This document shows positions 60,515 through 64,000 of a stretch of DNA of 64,000 nucleotides, piece by piece (the stretch's first letter is position 1; each line of letters opens with the position of its first letter). A program made the position numbers and the translations under genes. Source of the DNA: the human T2T-CHM13v2.0 reference genome, Homo sapiens; assembly GCF_009914755.1 (NCBI RefSeq), contig NC_060925.1. One strand, written 5' to 3'. The notes below the pieces were generated by a model. It was given only the letters and a program-made list of their open reading frames with translations. It made no database searches and was not told where the DNA came from.

Positions 60515-62018
60515 TTTGCAGATTATGGAGAAGCAATCTGCTTCTCTTTCGATTTGGGTGTCATGATCATCAGACATGAATGTGGAGATTATTATGTAGG
60601 GAGATTCAATTAGTTACTTAATGCCACATACTGACCAAAGTTACTAATTCAGCCTTGGTGAAGAGTATATAATAGGGTCAGTTTGCGGAAATAACATCCC
60701 ACTTCCCTAAGTAATGCAGGAAGACTTCTTTAAATAAGCATAAGATTCCGGGTTGTATACTGGACACACAATGAGCTCTGTTATGCAATGGCTTCATGAC
60801 CTTGGAAAATATTTTTTTCTTGAATAATAGTAAGGGAGAATAGAATAGTTGGCTGAATTCTCATATTTCATATTGCTAGCAGATCAGCAGCAATGATGGA
60901 GAAAGCATATTTGAGCAAAGTCCAGTGCTGTAATCGAATAAGCTTTCTACATGGTTGATCTAATCTATACTTAATAGTATGTGTAGCTATTATTGCTCTA
61001 AATGGCAGTTAGGCATGTATATTAAGCTGTTCACTGGATTTATAGAACTCTAGGGGCTATAATTCATAATGTGTATTTTTTTACTTCACCAAGCCAAGCA
61101 TTTCTGAGGTCACCTTCAGGAAATTGAAAGTGGGCACTCAAAAATGGTTGCTTCCTTTCTTTCCCTTCCAAGTGCAGGGACAAACCATTTACTCTTTCCG
61201 CCCAGAAATGGTGGTAGGGAGGCAGAAGGCACTGTAAGGAAAAGCCCAGGTCTATGATTGGTACAAGCGCAAGGCATGTCCAGCTATTTTCCATGGTGTT
61301 GGCACCTATTGTTCCATCTGGTTGGATGGGAGCATTTTCCCAAATGTCTGCGATAGAGCTGCTTTTATTAAGTATTTACTCTGTGCCGGGAGACTTTTAT
61401 GTATTCAAGCCTTTATTTTTTCTGACGACACCTTGAAAGAGTAATTATTCTCTCCATGTTACAGAGGAGAATACCAAGCTAGGGAATGTCTCAAGGTCAT
61501 GTAGCTGAGAAGTAAGTGGAAGCCTGGGCTCAGACTCCAGAGGCTGTGCATGTCACCCTGTGCTGTAGAGTCAGAGGTACGCTGTGTCACTTTCCTTAGG
61601 TCTTTTATGTCCCCCTTGTCCTCTCCAGCCAGGGTGCCAAGGAGGCCTCTGGAAGCTAAAGGCTCAATGGCAGCTCAATTCTGCTGGGGGAGGGAGCTGT
61701 TGATAATACACAGATAAATGGGAACTGCCTGGCAAATTAGGAGTGCAGATGCTGTAGACACAGGAATGAGTCCTGGAGGAGGATTCCAGTGGGAATAGGC
61801 CTGGTGGACTGGAGGAGTCAGTGGCTGGAATGAGGAACTACAGGCTCGAACAGAATTTAGAGGTCATCTAGTTTAGCGACTTTTAAGCTTTTAATTGAAG
61901 GACTGCTGCTATTAAATTTCTCCAGAGACTCTCTGTTTTAAAATGTTTTGGCTGCTTAAAAACTTTTTAAAGAAATAATTCCATTTTCTGATTGCCTTAA
62001 TCAAAGATGTAATAGATG

Positions 62019-62337
62019 GGCTGGGCATGGTAGCTCATACCTGTAATCCTAGCATTTTGGGAGGCTGAGGCAGGTGGATCTCTGGAGGCCAGGAGTTCAA
62101 GACCAGCCTGGCCAACATGGTGAAACCCCGTCTCTACTAAAAATACAAAAATTAGCTGGGCGTGGTGGCGGGCACCTGTAATCTCAGCTACATGGGAGGC
62201 TGAGGCGTAAGAATCGCTTGAACCTGGGAGGCAGAGGTTACAGTGAGCTGAGATCGTGCCACTGCACACTCCAGCCTGAGCGACAGAGCGAGACTCCTTG
62301 GCAAAAAAAAAAAAAAAAAAAAAAAAAAAGAAAAGAA
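62019..62337 (+). mobile_element. Alu (S-like)
   Basis: TSD aaagatgtaatagat at 62003-62017 and 62338-62352. Confidence 0.93.
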
Positions 62338-63039
62338 AAAGATGTAATAGATAACGGCCAAATAGAACTCTGATTGGCATGGGACAAACTGTCTTCCCAC
62401 ACAAAGTGGATGACTCCATCCAAACAGGGAGAAGTGCTTTTTAATGAGCTTGTGCAGACTTATGAGAGGAGGTGTTGCTAAATGCACAATTTCCATGAGG
62501 CTTTTTCAAATTTTGGAAATTGCTCAGACTACCCCCATCACCTGCTATAAGCGCTGTCACTCTTGTCCCCAGGAGCGACTGGCTCCACTGTAGTGGCCAC
62601 AGAGGTGAATGGTTTTCCCCAAGGGAAACCATTGATTCAGACCTATTTTCTTATTTATTGTTGAGGAAACTGAGTCCCAGACAAGTTAAGTAAAATCTTT
62701 GAAGTCACCAAGTGAGTTAGTGCCTAGAAGGGGTATTGAATAATGGAACCCATGTGTCACCTGGGACCCACTAGCCCCTGAAGATATGCAATTGACTGGT
62801 TCATTCTGTAGCCAGTTCTGTCGCTTATGAAAGTTGAAAGATCTTCCCATTATTTAAAATTCTGGGTTTATGTTCTTACAATTCAGCTCCCATTTCCTTG
62901 GAGTGTTAGGTCTGGTTTTCCCTAAATCACCCCAGGACTAAAGCTGGTTCCCGTATTCCACAGTTAAAACTACTCATATAAGTGTTTTGAGGGGGACACA
63001 TGTCACAGAATGGGAAGTTTTGTCACTGAACTAACTTGC

Positions 63040-63567
<528 letters not shown>

Positions 63568-64000
63568 GCTCTCTTCTTTCTTTTCATCTCTGATCTCTTC
63601 CCCTTCCTTCTGCCTTGTGCTTCACTCCCAGGGTGGAAGAACCCATTTGCTTCTTCTCTAATTTCTGTCAGTGGCTGCATAGGTAACCACATTGTCATCA
63701 CAGATTGCAGGGGCTTCTCACCAGTTCCACCTTCCTTACCTCCAAAGCCAGCATCACAGACAAACAGATTTTCATTCTCCACTGTTTTCCAAACTCAAGT
63801 GTAAGGGCACAGAGTAGACATGGAAGAGAGGAAATGGATGCTTTTCTTAGAGAATAAAGGCTTGTTGAAAAAAAAATCCCATCAAAACCTCATCTCTGTG
63901 CTCCCTGTTCAAAACACATATGTACCTTCATACCTGAGATTTCATTTGGCAGTTATAGCAAACCTGGTATATTAGTCAGCTCAGGCTGCCATAGCAAAAT

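Noticed and set aside
63900-64000. IL10 exons or 3' UTR
   Set aside because: Expected nearby from synteny, but no IL10 coding or ARE-rich UTR sequence is present; the window ends in what looks like a MaLR LTR start.

Overview
Human (or near-identical great-ape) genomic DNA at the MAPKAPK2 (MK2) locus, + strand. From prior knowledge this is chr1q32.1, with IL10 expected a few kb past the right end; IL10 is not in the window. Positions 1-28,920 are the repeat-rich 3' part of intron 1 (exon 1 lies upstream). Exons 2-10 are packed into 28,921-~34,490 and splice in frame to give MK2 residues M94-H400. An alternative last-exon acceptor gives the shorter ...EDVK-GCLHDKNSDQATWLTRL C-terminus. The remaining ~30 kb is intergenic: Alus, L1/L2/MIR, MaLR/ERV LTRs, a Tigger1 with both ends intact, and an RNY1 pseudogene. 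I found no new protein-coding gene or novel multi-gene system. The most interesting unexplained structures are: (i) a distant branch point with a 138-nt AG-free CU-rich tract at the acceptor that selects the MK2 C-terminal isoform; (ii) several copied-DNA events, namely a TIR-less hAT-Tip100/Zaphod-like transposase segment inside Tigger1, an L1 3' transduction of an LTR, and two local templated insertions, one with fold-back junctions; (iii) an octamer-motif cluster between MAPKAPK2 and IL10. Repeat subfamily names come from recalled consensus sequences, and repeat boundaries are approximate.
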